A stretch of DNA of 64,000 nt from Phoronis australis (lineage: Eukaryota; Animalia; Phoronida): NCBI GenBank assembly GCA_002633005.1, contig NMRA01000012.1:671534-735533 (forward strand). The letters are read 5' to 3'. The notes beneath the pieces were generated by a model. It made no database searches and had not been told where the DNA came from. It saw only the letters and a program-made list of their open reading frames with translations. Each line of letters starts with the position of its first letter. The stretch's first letter is position 1. The position numbers were made by a program, and so were the translations under genes. Shown here in pieces: positions 23,008-35,736 of the stretch.

Positions 23008-24682
23008 ATTACGCTGTGCTCAAACTCGGCACGTACAACGCAAGTGCTACAATAAGGCGAATTGTCAAATAACAGCACGTATAACAAAAGAGCGGACCCG
23101 GTGGCTTTTTTGTGGAGGCATTTCAATTTTTTTGCCAAAGGCATTTTCTTTAACAAAAATTGCTGTGCGCTTGCAATGAGTTTATTTACAACGTCATTGA
23201 GCATCATGTCACTTGAAATTTACCTTCACCATGTCCGCAATTTTGTAGCTTTCACTTCAATTACCAAGGGACACATTCTAAATAAACTGTCCAAACAGTA
23301 TTTTTTATGAATTCTCTAAGAAATGCTATACTAAGTAAAGGGTATCAATTTTCCTACTCTTACGGATTTTAAGATTTTTGAGGTTTATTTTATAAAAATG
23401 ACAAAACATGAGAAATTTCGTCAGTTTTTAACTTAGTCGTTAAATACAATAGATGGGCTTTTAAAATATGTTTTCGATTCTTTCCTCTAACAATTCTTGA
23501 GTTATAGCGTCACCTCGGGGCAATGTATTGCGGGGGACTGAAATATATGCCGCTAACATCAACAGTTATTGTCGACTGGGCGATGACATGCATCAAATGA
23601 GACATGTACATTGAACACAGACACGGGTGGGGAAAAGTAAAAAATCTTTATGTTCGACGTTGAATCAATCATTTGTATAAAAATCCGTTGAAATATTAAT
23701 TAATAACTTATAAGAACTACGATAGAAGCGTTCAGAAAATCTACGAAGCTGCTGTGATACGGCTGCTTGGCCGATAATTACGGGTACATTTAATGAATCT
23801 GCCTACGATCGGCCAAATTAGCCAATTGTTTGTAGTGAACAACCCTTTCTGGTGTTATCGTAACTTCCTGTTGTCAAGGAATCCTGTTAATAATATTATT
23901 TTCACTTTATAATGAAATGTTACTAATATTCCCATGCAAAAGGCACCAAATACAAAAGTAATCAAACACAATAAATGATGAAAAATCATCTCGCTGACTT
24001 AATCCTAGATTCTAATGGTTGACCTAGAAACGGCGGTGTGACACCAGGAGCTGTAGATTATAGGTCATACAAAAGGTGCTTGGTCAAGATTCTCCATTCT
24101 GCGGCCTTTTTCAGGGGTTTATCCATTATAGCGTAGGCCTACATGTACACAGTCATGTAATTAATGTAACAGAACATTAGTGTTAGTAACTGTAGTTCGT
24201 TTACTGTTATGCTTATTTTGTGGCTATTGTTCATTTAGTGTTATGCTTAGAGTTGCATTCTAGGACGTTGTAGTCCCGCTGAATTCTTCAGTCCTTGTTA
24301 CGTGAGCCAAGCAGGTGAGACTGTACTTGTCTGGCACTTCGCTGGCAACAGGCTTCGGAGAAGGGTGTGTTTTCCTTCCCCAACTAACCTTTGGAATTGA
24401 GCTTAGTATGTGCAACTGTACTGTATAACGTATGCGTTGAGGTGAAACGCTTATCTTTGGTGCTCACTTGAGATCATTTCTGTTACACGGTAAGGCCGTG
24501 GTACACTTTGATGCTTTTCGGGAGCGTCAGTATGTGTCATAATAATGTGACGGCATATTTTGCGACACTCGATACTTAATGTCGACACCTGGGGGCCACA
24601 TATGCCGGGTGCGACATTATATGCCTCGAACGCCGACATATATGGTCGCCCACACGGCAGGCAGTCGCATGCCACTGCTATC

Positions 24683-24841
24683 CAGTGCTGTAGTGGGGCG
24701 TAGGCGCATGTAGGCGCAGCCAACCACCTTTTGACATTTGGGCGTATTGCCTACGCACCCTATTAAGTTACGTTCAGTGCTTGAAGTGATGCGGTGGGCT
24801 TTGGGCGCCTACCTACCTCTAATTTTACCACTACAGCACTG
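24683..24841. mobile_element. hAT MITE of the same family as the element ending at 2430
   Basis: TIR CAGTGCTGTAGTGG / CCACTACAGCACTG, 8 bp TSD CTGCTATC / CTGCTATT. Confidence 0.9.
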
Positions 24842-25909
24842 CTGCTATTCAAATGCGATGTCTTTGCTGGACGTTTTTGCAAACGGCAGTTGTCAAAGAA
24901 ATTTAGCGAAATGCGTAATATGCAACCTTCGCAGATCAAAAATATACCTGCATTATAAAATGATCATCCCCTGTTTTGTCTACATTTCCTGCACAAAAAG
25001 TATCATCCCAAAATTAAAGAAAAAAATGGCGACTTCGACGTCTGTTTCTGCTTCCGCTTCCTGCACAAAAATAAGCAGCCCAAAATCGAGGAAATTTGCT
25101 GATAAAAAGACCAATTCCAAAATGGCTGCTTCGGCGTCTATTTCCGCTTCCGCCAGATAAAGTTCTCTAAATCAACCATTCAAGTACAAACAATTTCACT
25201 TGGTTACATCTTTTTGATGTCAGCGAAGGCAGTAGCAAGGTGATAGCAATATCAAGAGCAAATGCTAAACAAGACTTTTTTACATCATTTATTGTCGAAC
25301 TGACCTCAATACCCACACGCACACATGCACGCACACACACGCACACACACACAGCGAAAAGGTGACGTCAAGAGCAAGGCATGTGTGTGAAAATGTTGAC
25401 TCAGTGCATATACTGCCGACTTCTTTCAGTTTTGCAATATTAGGGCAAAACTGTGTTTCACGTGTGTTTAACAACCTTGTGGAGCATGTCTGTAAATACT
25501 TATTTACAGGCAGGTTACGTATCTAACAGCAGGTCACCACACCGTGAAGAGGGTACTATACTTATGTAACGCACTGTTGGTTGTAGGCACACCGTTTCTT
25601 TATCTAAATGATTGCAATAATTTTTTAATCGTTTTTCAGGGCTTTTCCTGTCGCCGAAATAGGAATGTTGTGGCAGACTGGTCAAGATATCCGAGTTTGA
25701 CGAAAGATTTCGAGATACTATAGATTTCAATATCTCAGTGAAGAATCAAGTCGTAATTTCAGGACAGTCTGTCGCTAAATAGGCCAGTCAAATAAATACA
25801 AACTAAGTGTGAACTGACGTTCAAAAACTCATGACTGTACTGTCTACAAATCATACAGACTTTTTGGTGAAGCGTTGTATGCAGAGGCGCTGCTGGAACT
25901 ACTTTGTCA

Positions 25910-26194
25910 ATGGCTAAGAATTCGCCAAGTTCTCAAAAATGGGAGAAAGTGTGTTTGATTCCGTACATCACCATGATTCTGTGCGTCCTAGTAATACAGC
26001 TAATGGTGAAAGCAATGCAGAACTACCGTGGCGACGATCCTCACCGGTTGTGGGACTGGAAAGTCTTGGTGACAACTCTTACTGTCGCCGCTTGTATTGT
26101 TGTCATCGTTTACGCAGTAATGCAAGTTGTAAAAGGATTCGAGAAAATGAGGCATTCTCAGAGAAACCTATCTGTAGCTTGTGAAGATGTGTAG
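25910..26194 (+). CDS. Possible small two-TM membrane protein (94 aa), unknown
   Basis: ATGG start and two hydrophobic segments (VCLIPYITMILCVLVIQLMV; VLVTTLTVAACIVVIVYAVM) followed by a basic tail. No homology recognised. Confidence 0.35.
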   Translation: MAKNSPSSQKWEKVCLIPYITMILCVLVIQLMVKAMQNYRGDDPHRLWDWKVLVTTLTVAACIVVIVYAVMQVVKGFEKMRHSQRNLSVACEDV

Positions 26195-27651
26195 ATCAAG
26201 CACAGATAAAATTTATTTTCTCCTCAAGCCCCTGACCGAAAAAATGTATCTGGCTCAAAGCATTTTATTTGCAGACAATATCGAAAAAAATACAGAATTT
26301 CAAACATTTGCTTTTAGTTTTAACAGTAGCTCGTCTTCTTTTTATCCATGATTTGCGGCGGATTATTTTTTAATAATTCACCCTTCACATCGTGTTTTCA
26401 AAAACTCGAAGAAATGTGTCTACTGTGTTGTTTAGAGACTCAGACTGCTCGATATAGGGAACGCCGCCATTTTTTTCCTTGTAACTGAATGCGCTATCGC
26501 TTGCTCGAAAAGTATTCATTATTTTGTTTTATTAGAAATATCTCGTGATTAGTTTGCATATGTAGCGTATTTATAGTATGTAGTTAGTGGTCGTTGAATT
26601 TTTTAGAATGTTACGCGTACTTATTATGTTAAAATAGCATTGGTGTTTAGTTCCTTACGTAGGCCGGTCGAACCTAGGAACCAATATGGGTCGAACCAAT
26701 TTTTTTCGTTTTGATTTTTTTATCGTTTTGAAAAAGTACTTTGCTATCATCGGAAAGTTAGTGCATTCTACTCAGAAAAATCGAAGAAAAGTATCGAAAT
26801 CAGGGCAAGCAGTGTAAAGATATTGCAATTTTTGTGGCGAAATTTGTGTCACTTTGTTTGGATCGCGTCGGCCATATTGAAGAACAGCGGGATAAGTTAC
26901 GAGTTTAAAACTCTGTAAATTGTTTTCGCCAACAAATTACGGTGAAATTTAGTTAGACATATCTTTACTTACTATTCTGCACGATTCAACAGTGTTCACC
27001 AAATTTCAGCCTCGCAGTTGTTACTCATTAAGTGATAAATGTGCTCACAATTCCCGTTTGACTTCGTCTCATTTCTGGCGGCATCGACAACATGGCGACT
27101 TTTGCTGAACTGAAAGGCATGTTCAATAGGCTAATTTGTAATTTTTGATGATTTAGCGTTGAAACATTTTGACAAACGTTGCTACAAAAAAGGAACTGTG
27201 TTCAATTTACGTTTTTTTTGTGCAAAAATGTAAGATATATTCGAATTATTTTACTGTGAATTTCCCATTCAGGTGATCTTACACTAAGCTAAAAATAGTT
27301 GAAATAATTTTGAATTTTTTTTTGTTTGACTGTCAATGCAGTTCAAGACTTGATTCGGTGTCACAAAATGATTCATATTTTTCAAAATTTGCAAGTGTCA
27401 ATTGCTTTCAAGTCATGTTTTGTAACTTATTGCTTCTTAATTCAGGTTATCAAGTCAACAATATGAATAATCTTAATTTGGGAAATAAGCTATGTGGATT
27501 GTGAATCTTCAAGCCTCCAATTCTTGTTCCTTGCAACTTCATATTTTTTTAATCATGCTTGTCAAATTCTGGTGTAGGGAAACACTATTCCGTCACCATG
27601 GTAATAGTTACATGCAAGTCCACTTCCATAACATGGAAACTTTTGCTGTTG

Positions 27652-27898
27652 CATGCGCACACCCAGGGGGGGGGGCTCGGTTGGCTCGAACGAGCCCCCC
27701 ATTTGGCGAAGTGGGCAAAAAGTTCCGCCCCTGAGAGACAAAAAGCCCGAGAAAATGGGACAAAAGTCCACTAAAAAGCGCAAACGCGCAATGTACAGTG
27801 GTAGCCCGTTTTTTTTAGTCCGCCCACTCTTTTTTTTAGCAAAAGCCCGCATCGCCGGGAATTCGAGCCCCCCATATTGAAGGCTGGGTGCGTGCATG
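27652..27898. mobile_element. GC-rich MITE with a 5 bp TSD
   Basis: TIR CATGCGCACACCCAG / CTGGGTGCGTGCATG flanked by TGTTG. Related fragments near 2670-2706 and 28030-28260. Confidence 0.7.
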
Positions 27899-30800
27899 TG
27901 TTGAATAGTTTTTGTAATGCTAAATGTTGTAAAGTATTGTACATTTTAAGTTACTTATTATGTTAAAAGTTTGAATCATTTTGTGTTAATGAATAAAAAT
28001 AACATTTTGTATTGGACTTGTCATACTTATGTGCTCGAACGAGCCCCCTATTTGGAGAAATGGAAAAAGGTCTGCCTCAGTCAGAGAAGCACGAATTCCG
28101 AAAAAATATAAAATAGGAAAATATTCCACTAGAAGACAGAAAGTACCAAAATTTAGCGTCTGCAATTCATAGCTCTGAACATACCCAGTGAATCTTATAG
28201 TAAAAGATAGACATTCCCAAAAATTCCAGTACCCATTCTCTTAGGCTTGGTGCGCTCATACAAAGTGTGGGCAAATCTCTATTGAAAGCCAACAACTTTG
28301 CACAGTTCGCCAAGTACCCAAGTTCTAAGTAAACCTCATTTGAGCGATCGCTGTGGCCAGCGACCAGTTAGTCCTAAAGACCCTACATAACGGCCAAATG
28401 ACTTTTGAACATGTTAAATATCTGTATCATTGATCGACACAAACATATCATCCCTCCCTTTACTCCTGGCATTAGCTAATTACGCCAATTACTATCGTAC
28501 GACCCCATCATGAACCCCATTTAGCGCCGAAAAAAAACTTTAGGTAGCGCTCGTTGTAATCGACGCAAATGACGTCATCGTTGGTACCCAAGACGTATCG
28601 AACAGTCCGTTGCCACAGGAAGCTTACCTTACGGTGTCTGGTGCATATTTCACAGATTTTCAAAATTACAACTGTTAGAGACAACCAAGCTCAAATACTA
28701 TGCGACACTTATCTCGACACTTCCACATGCATGTAATATCCTAATGTTCACCACTGTGTCTTTTAGATGGACCTTGAGATCCAATAGATCAATGCTGGTA
28801 TCTACTTTTGACAGATTCGTGCAATATCCTGGGCATGTGCATCAAGACGTGCCTTACTTTCTTCCGTGTGATAGGTTTTAGTACAAGATCTAATGCTGAC
28901 CGTTCTCCATCTCTCCAAGATATGTTTCAATCTTGTAGGACAAATGGCAACTTGGGCCCAAAGCTTAAGAGTCTCGTCTTTGAGGGCAATTCCCTACTAT
29001 TCCCTCACTACTGTTCTCGTACCTCATCAATGTGGTCCATATAAACTGATCGCTCCGAGCCCCATTCCAGCATACACCCAAGTCATTAAACTAATCTGCA
29101 TTTCTTCTATGGTCTGCGGGAGCACAGGGCAAGAGGCAATATCTTTTTTGGAATTTAAAGTCTCAAACTGCAGAACACACACTACACCAAATATTTTCTT
29201 ACTTCATCATCAAAAAGGAGATTCTGCAAATTTATCATGCTACAACCAGCAAACAGATCTCATTAAATTCATTGACCACTTAAACGTGGGTGCAAATATT
29301 TATAACTAACCTCTTGTGTCTGATGCAGCAGTTATAAGCACAAGTACTGTAGAATTTTGAATGACAGCTGTAATTTGTGTAAATTATCAATTATGAAAAT
29401 TCATGATGACCATGAAAAACTGAGATGAATTTGAAAATAATGTACATGTAATGCCGTTTAAGAAATTATAAGCACAGTATTTGGAATACTGGTATCCTTT
29501 ATTTATATAAATTATGAAAATTCATCATACAACAACTTGCTAACTTTTTTTCACAGAAACATTGGGTAAAGACGTTAAAATAGTTTACTTGGGGTGCCTG
29601 GTACTTCAGCTATAGGTAAAGGTAGAATTTTTGAATAATGGCGGCCTTAATTTGTATATATTAGGCAAATTCACGATGTATCCACCAGCAAACGAGGTCC
29701 ATTAAATTCACCATAAAAACATAGGTGATAATATCACGATAATTCACCTGTGATGATTGGTACCATGGCTATTAGAACAAGTAAAATTTTGAATGGCGAC
29801 CTTCATTTGCATAACTTATGCAAATTGACAATGTATTCAGCAAAAAACTTTCAATATTAAATTCGTTGACCATGGAAACATGGGTGAGAGCATCAAAATA
29901 ACCTGCCTGCAGTGCTTGGTAAGGAAATTATAAGCAAAAATAGAATTTTGCATAATGGCGACCTTAATTTGCATATTTTAAAAAATGCTCAAGGGATGCG
30001 AACGGTCAACTCCCTAAATCATGATTAATTATGCCTAGACTACATGAAACTGCAAAGAAAAAAACTTTATCCGACATATCCAGGTTAAGTAAAAAAAACA
30101 GCATTTGTTTCAGGACTAAAAGTATATTAAAAATGCCAAGCATTATTTCGAGTTCCATTTCGAGTAAAAAGGTTCAAGACTGGGCCCAGAACTCTGACAG
30201 TTTACTACGATGATTGTGTGATCACGACTCATTCTCAAGAAGAGACAACATCTGGGGCACGGCCGCGACGACTAACGGCGGTTTCAAATTTAAGAAGACT
30301 AAATGGGACTGACTGAGGTCGTGAGGACTGGCAGGGACAAGGCGGCTTACTAACTTCATTTAGTTTCGACCCGGCCGTGTGCTATTCGATCTTGACATGG
30401 ATTGATGAATTGTGTCATGGTTGATAATTCATCAGTATTCCTACTTCATATCATTTTAAAATGCAAGTGTGTACTCATTTTAAGACATGCAGGCAATTTC
30501 ACATGCACATGAAATCTAACTACGGTTTCTAGTTGTGCTGGCCAGCTGGAGACGGTGGTCATTGTCTACCTGGAATCCAAACAAAGTGTTTTAGTGTCTG
30601 GGCGTTGTTTTCGGTATAGGTGCATTTAATAACCGAAATATCGTTTATTTTTCCATGTAAAAGTTTAAAAATCACATCCGAGTTTGAAAGTTTAGATATT
30701 TTTGGAGCGGTAAATCTTCGCAGTGGTGAATCGTCGAAGTAGTGAACCTTCGCAATAGTGAACCTTCCGAGTAGTAAACCTTCGAAATAGTAGTGGAATG

Positions 30801-31459
30801 TTCCCATGTCCAGCAATGTAAGCAACTTAAGAAACACGCTAAAATACAACCAGGTAAACAATTTTGTTAAGTCATTCGCCGACTAAACTTCATATTTCCG
30901 TCCGAGTATGCACTGAGGTGTAATCACTCATTTAAAGGCGAAGGCAACATTTTTTCATGCCTTTTTTACAGCTACAGTTAAATGGAAAATATGTCTGGGG
31001 TAACCAACGAACCTTCTTTTTTGCTAAAAATAACATGAAAAAGGTTGCCTTTGCCTTTAAGCATGGCTGACTTGAAACTATGGCAAGAGATAATGCGAGA
31101 ATGTTCTCTTTCTGGACCACATTACATCCTAATTTGTGTCCCGTTCTTTGCGAGCAACCGTCACAGCATCCTCGTTTCTGGTATTACGAATTCCGTCTTA
31201 TCTTATGAACATAGACCTGAGAGTCATCGTTGTGTATACAGATTTCCTTCCCTCTAATTAAGCTGCGTCAAAGGCCTTACTGGAAACTAGTGTCGACGTT
31301 TGCAAAATACCAATGGTCCACCGTTCTTGAAATTCGAACCACCCCCGTTCAATGCTGGCTACGGGCCTGAATAGGATATATGCATTCGAGAAGAGAGATA
31401 GGGGCGTCTAACAAAAAAACAAAAAGTTGCCCCTGCATCGATCAAACTTCTGCATGCTA

Positions 31460-32400
31460 CTGCCCCACCGCTAAAATGTCTGTAAAGTACCTTTTGTTGC
31501 ATGCAGAATGTTGCTCGATATTATGCAAATGGTTTCAAAGGGTTACCTGACGGGTAAATTTGGCAGAACTCAGATATTTGATCGTGTGTGGCGGGGCTAG
31601 TCCACAGCTAAACTTGTCTCGCTGTGTTTATTCGTTATACATGGGTTTATGTAGAATAATTTGCAACTGGTTTCATGCTGTTAGCTCTTGGGTTGATTTA
31701 CCTCAAATTTTAGCCCTTTCTTTAATTGTCTAGCAGGGACACCCCACCGCTTAAATTGTCTGGCATCTTACTGTTGTACGATGTGCAGTGATACTGAGCA
31801 TCGTGCAATTGGTTTCAAACGGTTACCTGGTGGGTTGCTATAGCTGGACTCGGGTATTCGGGCGTGTCTGGCGTGGCTAACCCACCATTAGATTTGTCTG
31901 GCAGTGTTTATTCGTGATACCTGGGCTTACGGTGAATATTTTGGAACTGGTTTTAAGCGGTTACCTGTTGGGTTGATCTAGCTCAATTTTTAACCCTTTT
32001 TGACAATTGTCTGGCAGGGGCACCCCTCCACTGAAATTGTCTGGCATCTAACTGTTGTGCCATATACAGTGATGCTGAACATCGTGCAATTGGTTTCAAA
32101 CGGTTACCCGGTGGGTAGATCTAGCTCAACTCGAGTATTTGGGCGTGTCTGGCGGGGCTAACCCAACAATAGATTTGTCTGGTAGTGTTCATTCGTGATT
32201 GCTGGGATCACGGTGAATATTTTACAACTGGTTTCATGAGATTACCTCTTGGATTGATCTAGCTCAATTTTTTGCCTTGTTTATAACCGCCTGGCTGATA
32301 CTCCCCACCACTGAAACTGTCTGGCAGTGACCAATTTTGATACAGTGGATTACGTAGTAGGTATCGAAGGCAGTTTGAAATGGTTGATCTAGCTCATTTT
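31460..32400. repeat. Diverged tandem array of ~140 bp monomers alternating in a ~280 bp higher-order unit
   Basis: CCCCACC..AAATTGTCTGGCA at ~31464, 31741, 32021, 32303. CCCAC..AGATTTGTCTGG at ~31602, 31881, 32162. Confidence 0.8.
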
Positions 32401-33299
32401 ATGAGTGTTATTCTCTTGGCTCCCCTGACCACACCCACCAGAGCGGACCTGCCAGACGGCCATTTCCAAGCATCAGGATACCCATAGAGCACTGTGGCAT
32501 CAAAGAAAATTGGTTACCTTTTCATGTCCAAAAAGCTCTGGGATCCCGGTCTAGTGAGGCACGCGAAATAACATTACAGCGTTCTGTCGTTCAGTAACTT
32601 TTCTAGTCGTGAGGGGTGCTGAACGCGCGATATCATCTGACTCTTTTGTTAACTGCCCAGCTCAGTCTTTTGTCCCGTTTGATAACAAGCAGGCCAATTA
32701 TCTCCCAGGCTTCAAAGGAAACGTATGGTGGCTGCACGCTATTACCGAATGCGTATGAACACAGTCAAACCCAGTGCGTCCGTTTGGACAGAATAGATTG
32801 TCTTAACTTCTGTTGTAGTTTTCCGATATTGGTGATTCAAAAACGGAACATGATCAGCATTTGACGAGGAATTCAGAAATGCTATTGGTTTAGGCTCAAA
32901 TATGTTATAACTTAACTTTCATTTTTATCATCTCAGCCCAGTCAGTCTAGATACGATCTGATCGGAATTATCGAACAAAAGAGCGCAGGCTCTCCAACCA
33001 TAAATGCCAGAATGGAGTTAATCAGTCGTGTAAGATCTTGGCTACAGGGGTAAACTTCCCAACTTGTTGTTGGGCTATAGAACAAGTTGGGAGCAACGGG
33101 ATGTCACCGTCATGTGGAGTTAATCAGTCGTTTAAGATGTTGGCTACGGGGGTAAACTTCCAAACTTGTTGTTGGGCTGTAGAACAAGCTGGGATGCAAC
33201 GGGATTTCGCGGTCATGAGGTTATCCACCTTTTGTTCTTATTCAGCAGCGTAATCTCTATTTTGTTTTAGGCTCTCCATTAGTTCAACTCTACAAACAC

Positions 33300-33642
33300 A
33301 ACATATTCAACGTAATCTTTTCTTAACATCCGGGTGGGGGACGGTGCCACGCCCTTACTTAACTGATGACGTCAGCAGTCACGTGATTTCCAAATCATCC
33401 TTCCGATTTACCGACGTCTTACACGTATGATCTTGACCTTGGATAGAGGTCCTTCTATAACGGGTCCAATTAATCCTATTACGTAATGAGGTGTGACGTC
33501 ATTGACACTTCCGTACGGTACTCGGATGATGTCCCTTCCGGTTGCACTGATCACATGTGACCTTTGACCTTTCCTTTCGGATTGATGACCTTTTAACGAG
33601 GGGCCGCAAAAACAGGTTTCTTAAACAACTTACTATACTACT
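33300..33642 (-). mobile_element. Terminus of a second, diverged Polinton family (orphan end; inner boundary uncertain)
   Basis: CTTACTATACTACT at 33629-33642. Same motif order as the other TIRs (GGTCAAAGGTCA, GTGTCAATGACGTCA, ACGTAATAGG.TTAATT) but different spacers. Confidence 0.7.
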
Positions 33643-33820
33643 CGCGTACCTAGTAATGTTACGGAGAACAACGCCCTGATATTAATAAACTTTTAACTGT
33701 TTGGGTTTCTTGCCCATGCGAAAATGGGCTCCAAAGCTTTTCTTATGAATACGGAAAGATGAATGTGTACTTGCATTTTGAAAAGAATATGAAGTAGGAA
33801 TGTTGATGAGTTATCAATCA

Positions 33821-34114
33821 CAGGGGCGGATCCAGGATTTTGAGTTGGGGGGCAGGGCACAGGAATAACCAGAATTTCGCCACATACGCGCACCCAGCCT
33901 AAAATGTAGGGATGCAGGGGTCTCGAATTTTTTTGGTTTGTGGACCTTATTACTAAAAAAAAAACGGTAAACAGGGTTTGTTCAAGGCCTATGCATTATG
34001 CATTCGCCCTCAGAGCCCCCCTGTGTGCGCCCATATGCCAGTCAGCAATTCACTCCTCGAACTGCCAAATGGTTTCTGCGAGAATTTTAGGGGGTCCCCC
34101 TAAGTCCGCCACTG
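33821..34114. mobile_element. MITE CAGGGGCGGATC...TCCGCCACTG with 5 bp TSD AATCA
   Basis: Imperfect TIR with AATCA on both sides. Confidence 0.8.
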
Positions 34115-35283
34115 AATCATGATGCATTCATGTCAAGATTGCATCATTTCACAGCGCGACTGCAATGTACATTTGCAGCGCTTCAACATTACTCACCGCA
34201 TCGGAACGCGCATGGCCGGGTTGGGACTAAGTGTAGTAGGTTACCCTGTCTCGGGCTGTCTTCAACAAGTCAGAGAGTCACATCCAGTCTTCCCAAATTT
34301 AAAGCCGCCCGTAAATTGCCACAACCCTGAAATGAATAGCGTAGTGCCCCCAATGTTGTCCCTGTCCTGTTTTAAAAATGAGTTGTTTTAGATTCAAGAA
34401 TCGCGATTGTGAATGATTGGTACTGAGCTGAATTAGAAACAAAAAATCAATAATGATTTAGGGAATTTTTTCCCTCCTTTCAAGTGTTTACTAAATGGAC
34501 ACAAATACAACAGTTTGTGAATGTCAGTTCCACAGAGCAGACATAATTAGCAATCTGTCGAACTCAGTAGCATGGTTTGCAATAGTGAATAATGTTACGT
34601 AATTTTGGAAATCAATCAAGGTTGTTGACCGTATGAAGCTTGCGATGTTGTGCACCATTGATACTAATTTACAAGAGAAGACTTTTCTTCTTTGACTAAA
34701 TTTTTTACTAGATCCAATCATATTTTTACCGAATAACATGAACATGCTCGTTGGAAGGGTTTTCTCAGTGCAAGAAAACAGTAGTGAAATGTCTGTTTTT
34801 TGAGCAACGACAGAGGACTGCCTATTGAAGTTACATGTACTGTATTTAAAAGAATGGAAACGCACACATCACATGCATGTCAATCCACCAATCCACAAAC
34901 AAAGCGTGCACTGGATGAACAAGATATTGGGCGATCACTTTCAATTCGAAAGTTAAAAAAGGCTGCACATCACTATATGCTCGCAACTATACCGAAAAAT
35001 CAAGTAACAGACCTATCTTTTGCTGTTTTATTGGTTGATCGATTTCAAGTCATTTTAAAAACACTAATTTTTGGTACCCTACCACGCCCGTTCAACTTGA
35101 TAGTCGGTCCTTTGAATGACTGTCCGTAACTGACATAAAGCGTCCTCTTATCGTTGTCTGCACCAACCTTGTCATCTGGCCAGTTGGCGAAGTTGGCCTA
35201 GTACTGCCCAAGTATTTACGTAGAGCGCTTGGATTCAGAACCAAATTTGAAATTATTAGCAACTTGGTCATTATTGTAGTTAG

Positions 35284-35736
35284 TAGTACCAATAATAACT
35301 CAACAATTTTGTTAATATTGTTGTTCATCTATGTCCTATGCGTAACGCTTTGTGGGACTGGACAATTTTTCGATCGCACCCCCCTGGCTACGGGCCTGGA
35401 AAAGAAATCAGCGAACTGAATTCCTGATCACTTTGCCTCGACAAACTTGCCACTTTTAAGCTTTTGGTTAACGCGGTCTAGTTCCGATATAGCGCCCTCA
35501 GCCGGAATAACAATTTCTTTACGTCACCTTTTTATTTTCGAAAAGAAACCTGGGCGATGTTTCGGAAACAGTAATTTCTTCAAATTATTTAGTTCCGGCC
35601 AATGAGTGCTATGGCGTCCTCTTCCGATAAAGCGCCCACACTGTTAACCGAGGCCTTTCCGATAAAGACGCCTATTTCGTGTTTGATGAAAAGTCTTGTG
35701 TCTTGCAAGTAACTAACGAAATGACACTTACTTGAC
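35284..35736. repeat. ~454 bp direct repeat X, copy 2
   Basis: Matches 16986-17439 with scattered substitutions. Confidence 0.9.

Noticed and set aside
28800-29250. Possible ancient RT fragment on the minus strand
   Set aside because: Only a vague resemblance, with no diagnostic motif readable.
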